Below the pieces are notes generated by a model that saw only the letters and a program-made list of their open reading frames with translations, was not told the DNA's origin and did not search any database. From Heptranchias perlo (lineage: Eukaryota), in NCBI RefSeq assembly GCF_035084215.1, contig NC_090340.1:5642001-5706000 (forward strand): a DNA stretch of 64,000 nt. The letters run 5' to 3'. The stretch's first letter is position 1. Every line of letters starts with the position of its first letter. Position numbers and translations under genes: made by a program. Positions 1-11,795 of the stretch are shown here, piece by piece.

Positions 1-2093
1 TTTTTTAATGTTAAATTCTCGACTGAATAACGCCTAAAATTCCATCTGCCTTTTGATAGCCTTTTCTATCTGCACTTCTAACTTGTAAGTATTATGTGTG
101 AGCATCGAACTGGATGCTCACTCAAATTTCCGATATGTGTTCCCGCTGCATGAAACTCTACCAAGAGACCACAAAGATAATTATTTACCGCAAATTGTTT
201 TTGAAAGATATTCTGTTAAAATCATTCCACTCAACAACCCTGACCTTGCGGTTTGGTACTTACACACAAATTGCAAGAATACACACTCAATGGTTGTGTG
301 ACGCCACTGACCTAACGTGAACCACAGGAACCATCTGCACATCAGCTTGTTGTGCAACACTTCCTGTTCAGCCGAGCATAAAAGCAAATTCTAGAGCTGA
401 CCTCAGGTCAACAAGTCCATCTTTTTCTATTAGGAGCTCCATACTTTTGTTAGCTGATAGATGATAGAACTTGTCAAGCCAAGCGCTGTAAATGTTCAGA
501 TTTCCACATTTTGTAAAATGTATCGGTAAACTTCAGAATCGCTGAAGCCAATAACAAATTTAACCGCATCTTCTCTCAGATGGAGCATGTTAATTCAATA
601 CTAATCACAGCTCAGCTATTAGTGCCTGTTCGCTGACTAATGTGCAGCAACAGAATGGAGCAATCGTCGATTCAATACTTCACATGCTTTCTGTGACCCT
701 CATAATGTCAGGGCTGATGATGGTTTACTGACGAAAATGAAATATTCACTGTTTATTTCTTAGAGGCCCCTGGAGAAGTTTCGCCAACGTTACAGGTGAG
801 TTGGGCAGAAATTAGAGAAAAATTAAATGAAACAAAGATCGTCTGTTCGGATACATTAATTAACCATAAGGACCATTATTTCTAACAAATAGCAATAGTG
901 CTTTAATTTACGTCTAAGCTCATTAACCCGATGCATAAGGCAGGTATTCTTTTGATTTGAATTTGTGATTTAAGTCAGTTGTTAAATTAGCTTTTGGATC
1001 TTTCTACTTCCAGATAAATTAAGAATGTTTTCATTTTACCTTCTTGGTGATACGGCCGACGTTGGTATGCATCATTCACATGAAATTGTAAGCATGAATT
1101 TTCAATGAAATGGTGTCCAAATTTTTGTATTGACCTTGGGAACCTACTAAAATAATAAGGGATAGAATTTCCGCGTGGCTTCCGCCGATATCCCTCTGAA
1201 GTCACGGTGGGAAATGGAGGGACGGAAAATGCGCTCCCATTTTCATGTTGGGATGACGGACTACGGGAGTAATTTCAATATCTGGCAATCATGTACACTT
1301 TTCTTAAATGCGGAGCACGGAGCTTTAGACAAACGGGCAGAAGTGACTCAACTGAGAAACATCGACAACTCAATTTTACTCTAATAGTTTATTTACTGTC
1401 CAGCAGACCCTACCAACATTTTACACCCAGACTAACGTCTTAGCTGACTGACTCTCCAGGTCCACGGCATCTCACGCTGATACTGCTTGTCTTCCTTGAA
1501 CTCTCGAGTCAATTCGGAACCTGACTGACGAGTTATACTGCCACTTTATAACTGAATCTGATGTAACTATCGCCGTAGAATTCATAACAAAACAACTAAT
1601 ATCCATAGTTCATAAAATACCCTTAAAATACCCTTAAATATATAAAAATAACCCGAAGATAAATTTGAAATTCTCCACAGTTATTCCAACTGCTATCTAA
1701 TGACCTCCTCTTCAATATGGATTCCTGCTATGAAGACATGGAACGGTAGCTCTATCCCTCAACCCATGGAACGTCCTCGCCTCCAAAATGAGCTTGTTAC
1801 ACGAATCAGACGGATAGATCAGACCTTTAGTACTGAGGAGACCCTCTTCAGGTCAACAATTGACCCATTAATCAGATGCTGTCGAATAAATTAGTTCTGG
1901 ACACGCAAGATTCATTCTTCGTGGCGGGTAAAGAGGTGATGATTTATGAGCTTGTGAGCTCATGTAGAATTTTAATAAGCTCCACCTTGTTTTGTTATTA
2001 ACACAGCCTCCTGGTTCCTGGTACCGTTTCTGCTCACAGCTAAACCCGCAGATCTACCGTAAAAACATGCATTTCTCCAATCCGCAATTACAA

Positions 2094-2115
2094 AGTCATG
2101 TGACATCTGACGTCA
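2094..2115 (+). promoter_or_regulatory. M-box/E-box (AGTCATGTGA) plus palindromic CRE (TGACGTCA) about 105-125 bp upstream of gene A ATG
   Basis: AGTCATGTGA at 2094-2103 and TGACGTCA at 2108-2115; both conserved with the same spacing in copy B (42277-42298). Confidence 0.55.
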
Positions 2116-2219
2116 CAAATAAGTTTGAGATTATATCAGATACAAAGCCGTCCATTCCTCAAATCTTCCTCCATCCCGTTCTCATTCACAACGGATCTAG
2201 CGCAATTTTATTGCCCAAT

Positions 2220-2274
2220 ATGTTTATGAGTGCGTCACTTTGGAGCATGTGTTTCCTGAGCATTTTGTATCAAG
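2220..2274 (+). CDS. Gene A exon 1, signal peptide (MFMSASLWSMCFLSILYQ, phase 1)
   Basis: ATG at 2220, hydrophobic 18-mer, donor CAAG|gtaatt; a 55-nt homologue exists in copy B. Confidence 0.8.
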
Positions 2275-2619
2275 GTAATTTTTTATTTTTGTTGTTATAC
2301 ATTAACTGTCGCTGAGCAAGAAACAACACTTAAAGTCGATCGTATAGTTGATGTGCTATCGGCTATTGCTTTTTGCTGGTTTAATTTGATTTAACTTTTA
2401 TCATGTCCTGTGTTCCTTGCCGCACGGAAAATAAAACAGGATGAGAAAGTTGATGTTATTCATGATAATTCAATAAGAAAACGCATTCAGGATATGGAGA
2501 ATAATTCTGATAGTTAGGTATATTCAATTACTAATATATCTATGGACTGGACGCGCAATGTTAATCTCGTGGTGCAGATCATCTTTCCTATATATTAATT
2601 ATATAACTTTTCTTGATAG

Positions 2620-2931
2620 TTGCTGTGGACACTTCTGGCAAGGTAAAACAGTGTACTGCACAAAACAAGGCGCTTAGAGGTACAAACCTTATCTTGAAAT
2701 GCCCTATCCCCTTCGATCTCGATCATTCAAACATAACCGTTTACTGGTTGAGAAAGGGTAACAATACCTTCCTGCAACAAGATCGCAGAAAACAGTTTCA
2801 AGTAAAGAAAGGCGGCGCCTACCTTCACCTCTTGAATGTGACTGTCCTGGACTCCGGAATTTATCAATGTTTTGCCAAGGATAAGAAACTAACGGTTGGA
2901 AAAGAAACTTGTGTGCAAGTTGTTGTACATG
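2620..2931 (+). CDS. Gene A exon 2, Ig V-set domain
   Basis: Acceptor ttgatag|, donor CATG|gtaagt; motifs LILKC...VYW...AYLHLLNVTVLDSGIYQC...GKETCVQV; 312 nt, phase 1-1. Confidence 0.9.
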
Positions 2932-2984
2932 GTAAGTGGCAGTGGAATTGGAAGCGTGACGGGTTCAGTTGCAATCGATACTAA

Positions 2985-4495
2985 TCATAATTTTCCAATC
3001 CTCTCTGGATACAGGCGTGGTGCCGGAGGATTGGAGGACTGCAAATGTTTTCTATTGTTTAAAAGGGGATCGAGGGATAGACCGAGTAATTGCAGGCCAG
3101 TCATTCGAACATCGGTGGTGGGCAAATTATTGGAATGAATTCTGAGGAACAGAATTAAACTGTCACTTAGAAAGGCACGCAGTAATGAAGGATAGTCAGC
3201 ATGGATTTTTTTTTTATTCGTTCACGGGATGTGGGCGTCGCTGGCAAGCTCGGCGTCTGACTAACTTGATTGCATTGTTTGAGGAGGTAATATGGAGGGT
3301 CGATGAGGGTAGTGCATTTGATGTTGTCTACATGGATTTTAACAAGGCTTTTAACCAGTTCCCACGTGGCAGACTGGTCAAAAAAATAAAGCTCATGTGA
3401 TCCAAAAGAGAATGGAAATTTGGATCCAAAATTGGCTCAGTGTCCGGAGGGAAATAGTAATGGTCGACAGGTGTTTTTGTGACTGGAAGGCTGTTTCCAG
3501 TGGGGGTCCGAAGGGCTCAGTGCTAGGTCCCTTGGTTTTTATTATATATGCTAATGATTTGGCCTTAAATGTAGGGTGCATGATTAGAAGTTTGCAGATT
3601 GTACAAAAATTGGCCGTGTGGTTGATTTTGAGGAGGAAAGCTGTAGGCTGCAGGAAGATATCAATGGACTGGCCAGGTGGGCAGAAAAGTGGCAAATTGA
3701 ATTCAATCTGGAGAAGTGTGAGGTAATGCCATTGGGGCAAGCAAACAAGGCAATAAATGGGAAGATACTGAAAGGTTTAGAGGAAGTGAGCGACCTTGGG
3801 ATCCATGTCCACAGATCCCTGAAGTTAGCAGGACAGGTAGATAAGGTGGTTCCGAAGGCATATGGAATAATTTCCTTTATTTGCCGAGGCACAGAATATA
3901 AGAGCAGGGACGTTATGCTGGAACTGTATAAAACATTAGTTAGGCCACAGCATGAATACTGTGTACAGTTCTGGTCACCATATTACAAGAAGGATGTAAT
4001 TGCACTCGGGAGGGTACAGAAGAGATTTACCCGGACTGGAGAATTTTAGCTATGAGGAAAGATTGGAGAGGTTGGGGTTGTTCTCCTTGGAACGGAGGAG
4101 GCTGAAGGGTGATTTAATTGAGGTGTACAAAATTATGACGGGTCTAGATAGAATGGATAGAAAGGACCGATTTCCCTTAGCAAAAAGGTAAATAACCAGA
4201 GGATTTTGATTTAAAGTGATTGGTGGAAGGATTAGAGGGGAGCTGAGGATTTGTTTTGTCACCCAGGGGGCGATATGAGACTGGAACTCACTGCCTGAAA
4301 GGGTGGGAGAGGCAGAAACCTTCAACTCATTTAAAAAGTACCTGGATATGTACCTGACGTTCCGTGACTTACAAGGCTACAGACCAAGTGCTGGAAAGTG
4401 GGACTAGGCTGGGTGGATCAGATCCAGCCGGCGCATTCACGATGGGCCGAATAGCCTCCTTCAGTGCGTAAATTTTCTATGATTGTATGATTCTA
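2985..4495 (+). mobile_element. CR1 LINE 3' fragment (degenerate RT, ttctatga-type tail) in the V-C1 intron of gene A
   Basis: ORF fragments with YMDF.KAF, G.P.GSVLGP, RPQ.EYCVQFW; tail at ~4475-4495; absent from copy B. Confidence 0.85.
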
Positions 4496-5307
4496 CATTC
4501 ATACTGCATTTAACAAGGAATTTCAGTAAAGAAATGCCCTGTCTATAAAACAGTACAGCTTTCTACTTGCTGATAACGACACTTGCTCAAAAATAAGGAA
4601 ACTTTTCCAGTTTCCAGAATCTCTGCAAAATGTGTCAACTGACCTATATCATCAATTGTGATTTTATTTTATATTTAGCAAAGACCGTGAATTCAAGGCT
4701 GGGAACTCAAACGCTTCATTTCAATTTTAGCATTGTCAGGATGAAATGTCCTGGGGTCACATGCAATTTTATACATGCTTAAAAACCCTATTTGGAAAGA
4801 AGAAGATAGAAAAGTAAATTCCCATTCTCACGATTTATACGACACGATTCCATTTTCTCCGATGAAGAGACAGTTCCTGAACCGCCATTCGGTGGAACTG
4901 GCGAGTCTCATATGATAAAACCAGTCCCGTGGTTCAGACCGAGGGTCGAACTCGATCCTTTCTGTCCAGAAGAATACAATGTTCTCTGTGTAACGACAGA
5001 ACACGAACTGTACTATTGCAACAGTTTAAGCGGAGCATGCGGATTGGAACACATTGATAATTATAAAATGAGACCCGATGTTGAAAATATTTTTGTGAAC
5101 TGTAACAGTGATACGACAATGGCGTAGAAGAGGAAGTTCGGAAAATAATTTCTCTAAATACAATGAAGAAAGGTTCAGATTAGGCTCTAGTCAGGACAAA
5201 TAATGATTTTCGGTACAACTACGATGCCCGACATATAAAAACAAAGGGTGGATATCGTGTACAGTTCAGACATTTTGCTTTACCTCTTTTTGCTCTTTTC
5301 CGTTTCG

Positions 5308-5613
5308 CTGCCCCCGTTCCTCTCAAAAGTGTCTCCATAACATCTGAAGGGGCTTCACCTGGTTCTCTAAGACTCCAGTGCAGAACGGCTGCTTTTTACC
5401 CGAAGGATTTCAAACTCACCTGGTATAAAAACGGCACTGAAATTGTGACAGGATTTAGAACTGAACAACTTGCAAAGACAGAGGGACTGTATGAAGTTAT
5501 CAGCTCCTTAGAAGTGACACAACCAATCGAGCGCGACTCAGTTTACACTTGTCAAGTGTATCACGTTGCAATCTCGATTCCAGCAATTGACAACTACACC
5601 GTTGCTAACGAAG
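5308..5613 (+). CDS. Gene A exon 3, Ig C1-set domain (open frame, acceptor mutated)
   Basis: LRLQCRTAAFYPKDFKLTWYKNG...GLYEVISSL...YTCQVYH, donor GAAG|gtaaaa; upstream reads tttcg where copy B has tttag. Confidence 0.85.
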
Positions 5614-5980
5614 GTAAAATTACAGAACAAGCAGTATTTTAATAGAATTCTGAGTTCCTTCCCCCAGTGATCGAGTATCCTCGAGTATCCATCGCAGATA
5701 ATGGATAAATACAATAATTTTTGGGTAGGGCTTATTACAGTTGTTTGCATGCTAATCTGTCACCTCAGAAGTCTGATTTCACTCCAGCTCCCATTGAAGG
5801 TTCCTGGTGTATGGATGTGATGAGAATTAAGTTGGACACAAGCAACATAATCATTAGTGGACACCAGCCCTCAGCACAGTTTCCATAATTCATGTTAACT
5901 GGCGGAATATTGTCAGTTCACTAAGAGAGGGCACGGTGAGAGTTGATGCCAGAAATCGAACCATGCGTTCATGGGGATAG

Positions 5981-7307
5981 CCATGATGTGGAGATGCCGG
6001 TGATGGACTGGGGTTCACAATTGTAAACAATTTTACAACACCAAGTTATAGTCCAGCAATTTTATTTTAAATTCACAAGCTTTCGGAGGCTTCCTCCTTC
6101 CTCAGGTGAATGTTGTGGAAATGAAATCCTCGAAATAAAATCGCATTTATAAATCACAGAAAAATGCTTGGTGATTACAGACAGTCTTTTCAACTGCCCG
6201 TTGCCAAGGCAATCAGTGTGCAGACAGACAGGTGTTACCTACAAGGTCTCCGAATATACAAATCACCAAAAAAAAACACAGAGATAGAGAGGTAAAAACA
6301 TAGAAAAGACAGCAACTGACCCGTTATATTAAAAACAGATAACATTTGTTCACTGGTGGGGTAACGTGCAGCGTGACATGAACCGAATATCCTGGTTGAG
6401 GCCGTCCTCATGGGTGCGGAACTTGGCTATCAATTTCTGCTCGACAATTTTGCGTTGTCGTGTGTCTTGAAGGCCGCCTTGGAGTACGCTTACCCGAAGG
6501 TCGGTGGCTGAATGTCCTTGACTGCTGAAGTGTTCCCCGACTGGGAGGGAACCCTCCTGTTTGGTGATTGTTGCGCGGTGTCCGTTCATCCGTTGTCGCA
6601 GCGTCTGCATGGTCTTGCCAATGTAACATGCTCTGGGGCATCCTTTCCTGCAACGCATGAGGTAGACAACGTTGGCCGAGTCACAGGAGTATGAACCATG
6701 CACCTGGTGGGTGGTGTCCTCTCGTGTGATGGTGGTATCTGTGTCGATGATCTGGCATGTCTTGCAGAGGTTACCGTGGCAGGGTTGTGTGATGTCGTGG
6801 ACGCTGTTCTCTTGAAAGCTAGGTAATTTGCTGCGAACGATGGTCTGTTTGAGGTTGGGTGGCTGTTTAAAGGCGAGTAGAGGAGGTGTGGGGATGGCCA
6901 TAGCGAGGTGTTCGTCGTCATTGATGACATGTTGAAGGCTGCGGAGAACATTGCGTAGATTCTCCGCTCCGGGGAAGTACTGGACGACAAAGGGTACTCT
7001 GTTGGTTGGTCCCGTGTTAGTCTCCTGAGGAGGTCTATGCAATTTTTCGCTGTGGCCCGTCGGAACTGTCGATCGATGAGTCGAGCGTCATATCCCGTTC
7101 TTACTAGGGCGTCTTTCAGAGTCTGTAGGTGTCCATCGAGTTCCTCCTCGTCTGAGCAGACCCTGTGTATTCGCAGGGCCTGTCCATAGGGGTGGCCTCT
7201 TTGACGTGGTAAGGGTGGAAGCTGGAAAAGTGGAGCATCGTGAGGTTGTCCGTGGGCTTGCGGTAGAGTGAGGTGCTGAGGTGCCCGTCTTTGATGGAGA
7301 TTCGTGT
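5981..7307 (-). mobile_element. Penelope-like element, 5'-truncated (RT C-terminus plus GIY-YIG endonuclease)
   Basis: ORF 6350-7042 with NVVYLMRC..C...YIGKT...LRQRMNGHR...GLN; SLYRKPTD RT motif in ORF 7116-7508; flanked by the 14-bp direct repeat gttcatggggatag (5967-5980 and 7308-7321). Confidence 0.9.
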
Positions 7308-7871
7308 GTTCATGGGGATAGGACTATTTAGTGGTGGATGGAGATCATCAGATACAGAGTGCGGCTCCCTCGACACTGCACCAAATGTGGAGTAAGAATT
7401 ACTTAGGTCCTGCTTGTGGAAAGATAGATAAAACATTCGTGAAAAGTCGATCCGAAAGGCAATTCCAGCGAATTTGTGAATCCGTCCCATTGTTTTTAAC
7501 ATAAACACTGATAAGGGAAAACACCCAAAACGAACTTAATATTTTCCAACATGTCGCGACCATATGAATTCTTATCCCAATGCGCATTACTTGCATCAAT
7601 TAGTCAAGGATCATTCAGTGTGGTTCGGTTCCCCTAATTTCGCATTGCTGCTAATTATATAAACTACGCGGTACTTCAAAATTTTTGTTGCCGATTTCAT
7701 ACAAATCAGCTGAATCGAGATTTAATGCGATGGGCTTGCTAAGACTGTATGTACTGTATTAATTTATTCTCATATGAGTATCTTTGCAAATTATGCAAGT
7801 AATGTTTAAACCTATATTTAGCCTTTTTACATTCCACAGTTTCTAATTTTGATTTGGTATCAATCTCATCG

Positions 7872-7985
7872 ATTTTGTCTCTGCGATCGGTGTTATTCTG
7901 ATTGCTGGATTTGCCGGGGGTGCAGTGCTAATTCTGCTGTTGACCATTATAGCTGTGAAGGGCCTTCAATTCATTACATCCAAAG
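7872..7985 (+). CDS. Gene A exon 4, transmembrane exon (both splice sites mutated)
   Basis: DFVSAIGVILIAGFAGGAVLILLLTIIAVKGLQFITSK; 114 nt as in copy B; flanks ctcatcg| and |ataggaa versus ctcatag| and |gtatgaa in copy B. Confidence 0.8.
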
Positions 7986-9059
7986 ATAGGAACCATCCTG
8001 ATCTTCTGGAGCATTAACTTTCTGACAGCACATTATTAAAAAAGATTTAATTTAGAAATGAATGATATTAATCAGCCTTTCCACGCAGGTAGAGGTTTAC
8101 AGGATTGATTAGAGTTAGCATCATTGGGAGCCACGCTGCCCGATGGTACTGCCTTACTGATGGACTCATGTTAAAATGTTTCTGAACATACATCCCCATA
8201 TCTGTTTGATCATAACGTAACCTTAGCAGCTCGTAGCTGGAGTTTTCTAAACCCTATTGGTGTAGGTCTAGATCCAGTGCAGTGAATGTCTTGGATGCAA
8301 TGAGGTTTGCACAACTTCATCACTCGAGACATAGTACAATCGAAACGGGCGTTTTTAACATTCTGGAGATACATCGCGATACATGAGGTCCTATTATAAC
8401 CTGCCAACTAACCTAATTACATTTGATTTCGTGATTCTGGTGATAAACCAAAATATTGCGCAATTCATGGCGATTCGTTTCAATTTTATTTCCCAACAGG
8501 CGCAAAGAGAATTTCAGTGAATACGGCTCGGCATGAAGGTCGGGTAAGTTCACCTTATTTTTCCCTATACTTTGATTCTCAAGTAAGCGAAAGTTCTGAG
8601 ATTTTGCACTCAAATGGGGACACGTTAAGAATGCTTTTTGCTTGGATTTATTCTATATGTCTCGCAGTTCTACAAAAATTGTACTTTATGCTAAAAACAT
8701 CGACATATAGAATAATGAACGAAGCGTTTAGAAACTCTCCCACCAATTTTAAATGGATAGATATATTGTTCACTTTGATCTATCTTATTAAAAGTGGTCA
8801 TAATAGTTTACAGGACAAACTGTTGCATTCAAGAGCATTACAGGACTTTGTTCGTTCCTTCCTGTTAAGTATGTGATAGCGTTGAGAAGCAAACTTCCAA
8901 CATTGATCCTTGTTCAATTGATAACATATCTCCGCAGAAGATTTGTAACTTCCTGAACAGTTAATTATTATTACCTTATCCCAACCTCGCCGTTTTACGC
9001 TCCTCACAATCAACCCATCCCGTCCTTATTGCACGATGACCTAACTGGGCATCTGCCAG

Positions 9060-9076
9060 GTGACCGAATCCAAAGG
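9060..9076 (+). CDS. Gene A putative 17-nt cytoplasmic micro-exon (GDRIQR)
   Basis: ctgccag|gtgaccgaatccaaagg|gtataa; conserved in copy B; read-through gives V then TAA (9080-9082). Confidence 0.55.
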
Positions 9077-9249
9077 GTATAAGTGATGCAGCCAATCTGC
9101 GGCTATCTTTCACAAGCTGCCGGCCTCAAACATCTATATTTACACGCAGTTCTCGCCACAAATGGTGGCGTGAAAGCTAGAACAAGGAGAGTTAGTGTTG
9201 GAGCACACATTTTTTCGTTATTCATTCTCGGGATCTGTTTGTCGTTTGC

Positions 9250-9540
9250 AAGGATTATTGCCCATCTGTAGTTGCACTGAGAAGGTGGTAGTGGGCCTTC
9301 TTCTTGAACTGCTGACAGAGGTTTGATGCAATTATGTGGCATGCTACGCCACTTCAGACGACAATTAAGAGTCAACCACATTGGTGTGGGACTAGAGTCA
9401 CAAATAGGCGAAACCGAGTAAGGACGGCAGGTTTCCTTCACTAAAGGACATTAATAGAATCAGTTGGATTTTTACGACAATCCAACAGCTTCATGGTCAC
9501 TGTCACTGACACGAGCTTTTTATTTCCAAATATTTTAAAC
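9250..9540. mobile_element. SINE / LINE-tail-derived repeat (also at ~47170-47520)
   Basis: ttattgcccatc...gagaaggtggtagtgggccttcttcttgaac motif, shared with the LINE tail at ~19150 and present in both duplicates. Confidence 0.5.
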
Positions 9541-10911
9541 GTTGTATATCCATTATATCCAGATACTGCCCTATATCTAGTCTTCCCGTCTTTGTCCACG
9601 TCCTGGAACGTGTTTTGCCTCCCATAATTCATTAGTTAACACTCGCCTTTCCTGCGTCTAACTCACGCACTGTGTGTCATTGAAACTCGCAAATGACTTC
9701 TTTGCAACCGTCAACATTGTTCCCATTCCCTTTGAGCTCTTCATCAAGTTTGACATCATGAAACACTGCGTTATTCTCCAATCTATTTGTCGACAGTCCG
9801 ATTCCATAGTACACTTTTTCGCGATCCGCGTGTACTGTTAAACAAGGGCATTAACTTAACTCCATTCCTGAGGTGAATTTTCTCTTCATTTCGTATTTTT
9901 CTCCTTGGGATGGCTCTTACTGCATCAGCTGTTCACAACTTATTTGTTTGTTTAATGCCTTTATTTTCTAAATGTTTCATTCTACTTTTATTCCAGCTTT
10001 AGTTCCTCTCTTAATTTATTTTTCCCCTCGAACCCATTCCCCTTACATCAGGTTATATTAAAATGTTCCATTTCTCATTTTCGTATTCAGAATAGGAACC
10101 AAGTCCCATGTGTTAATCTGCTTGTTCTCTCCACGGTTGCGGACTGGCTCGTGTCTTTCCTGCTTTTTGATTGACTTGAGTTCAGAGTTAGCAGTTTTTT
10201 TACCATTATTCTTGTGATAGCACTTCTAATACATTCTCGCCATCTGCCCACACCATCATGGAGCATTGAGCCCAGTGTTCCATTCACAATTCGTCAACTT
10301 AATCATTGACATGCGATCTCATTGCAATATGATTCAACGGGACAGGATCAGTTTTCAGGTGCACACTTGATACCCAGCTTGCTTTTCGATTGAGTATATT
10401 GCTCCAAAGACTGTTGCTCCCATCTGCAACATTCAGGTCCTGATGAGTCAACAGTTTCTGCATGAAAGGAGAGCCAAACAATATTTGTTATTGCATATCT
10501 TGAGACCCCCAACCTCTTCTGCTTTCGCCTCAGTATAAGTCATGATCTGGAAAACCTCAGCTTATAAGTTGACTGAGAACTAAGCCAAGCATCGCCCCTC
10601 ACCTCCTTTTTGCTGCCATTTTGTTCCGTGCATAACCTCAACATCTTCCTCTTCCGTCGACCACCCTCTCACTGAACTCCTGCAAGAGTGCACTCCTCTA
10701 CTGGTATCTCTCAAACAGCTTACTCCTACTCTGACACATGCATATCTCATATTCCAGCTCAGCTTCAATAACTATCTCCACTCTCCATCAATCTTAACTC
10801 GTTCAGAACATTGGAATACGTACGCTCACCCACAGAATGTTCGTATTCCCGAAATTCTATCCTTTCCAAGCTGCAGTGGTTCCCTGGCACCAAAATCCTC
10901 CTCCTCACCTG

Positions 10912-11795
10912 TACATAAGAGCATAAGGAATAGGATCAGGAGTAGGCCACATGGCCGCTCGAGCCTGCTCCGCAATTCAATCAGATCATGGATGATCTTC
11001 GACGTGAAGTCCACTTACCTGCCCGATCCCCATGTACCTTGACTCCTCTATAGTACAACGACTCAACGACTCAGCATCCATAGCCCTCTGGGGTAGAGAA
11101 TTCCAAAGATCCACAAAGCTCTGAGGAAAGAAATTCCTCCTCATCTCAGTCCTAAATGGCCCACCACTTATCCTGAGATTCTGCCCCTTAGTTCTAGACT
11201 CTTCAGCCATGGGAAGTAACCTCTCAGCATCTATCCTGTCAAGCACCCTCATAATCTTCTGTTTCAATGAGGTCATCTCTCATTCTTTTAAACTCCAGGG
11301 AGTATAGGCCCATTCCACTCAAAATTGTCTCATCGGAGAACCCTCTCATCCCGGGAATTAATCTAGTGAATGTTCGATGCATCACCTCTAAGGCAAGTAT
11401 ATCCTTCCTTAGATAAGGAGACCAAAACTCTACACAGTACTCCAGATGAGGTATAACCAAAGCCCTGTACAATTGTACTAAGACTTCCTTACTTTTGTAC
11501 TCCGACCTCCTTGCAATAAAGGCCAGCATTCCATTTGCTTTCCTAATTGCTGGCTGTACCTTCATGCTAACTTTTTTTGTCTCTTGTACAAGGACACCCA
11601 AGTCTCTCTGAACACCAACAGTTAACAGTTTCTCACCATTTAAAAAATATTCTGTTATTCTCTTCTTCCTACCAAAGTGATTAACCTCACGTTTCCCCAC
11701 ATTATAGTCCATCTGCCACCTTCTTGCCCACTTACTTAACCTGTCGAGATCCCTTTGCAGACCCTTTGTGTCCTCCTCACAGCTTACCTTCTCAC
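10912..11795 (-). mobile_element. CR1 LINE 3' fragment
   Basis: ORFs 10986-11276 and 11239-12042 with CR1 RT C-terminal motifs (PHLEYCVEFWSPYL); tail (cataaga)n at ~10913; absent from copy B. Confidence 0.85.

Larger units (their letters stand above)
2220..9082 (+). pseudogene. IgSF receptor gene A (leader-V-C1-TM-microexon): splice-defective paralogue, pseudogene or soluble V-only form
   Basis: Leader and V exons are intact with GT/AG sites. C1 acceptor AG>CG (5306-5307), TM acceptor AG>CG (7870-7871), TM donor GT>AT (7986-7987); ITIM exons absent. Confidence 0.75.

Noticed and set aside
2620-2990. V exon as a rearranging Ig/TCR/IgNAR V segment
   Set aside because: No RSS seen after the YxC, the G strand is encoded in the same exon, and it ends in a splice donor.
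7838-7840. Alternative acceptor ccacag 32 nt upstream of the gene A TM exon as a rescue of the membrane form
   Set aside because: It shifts the frame and hits TGA before the hydrophobic segment is read, so it cannot restore a TM protein.
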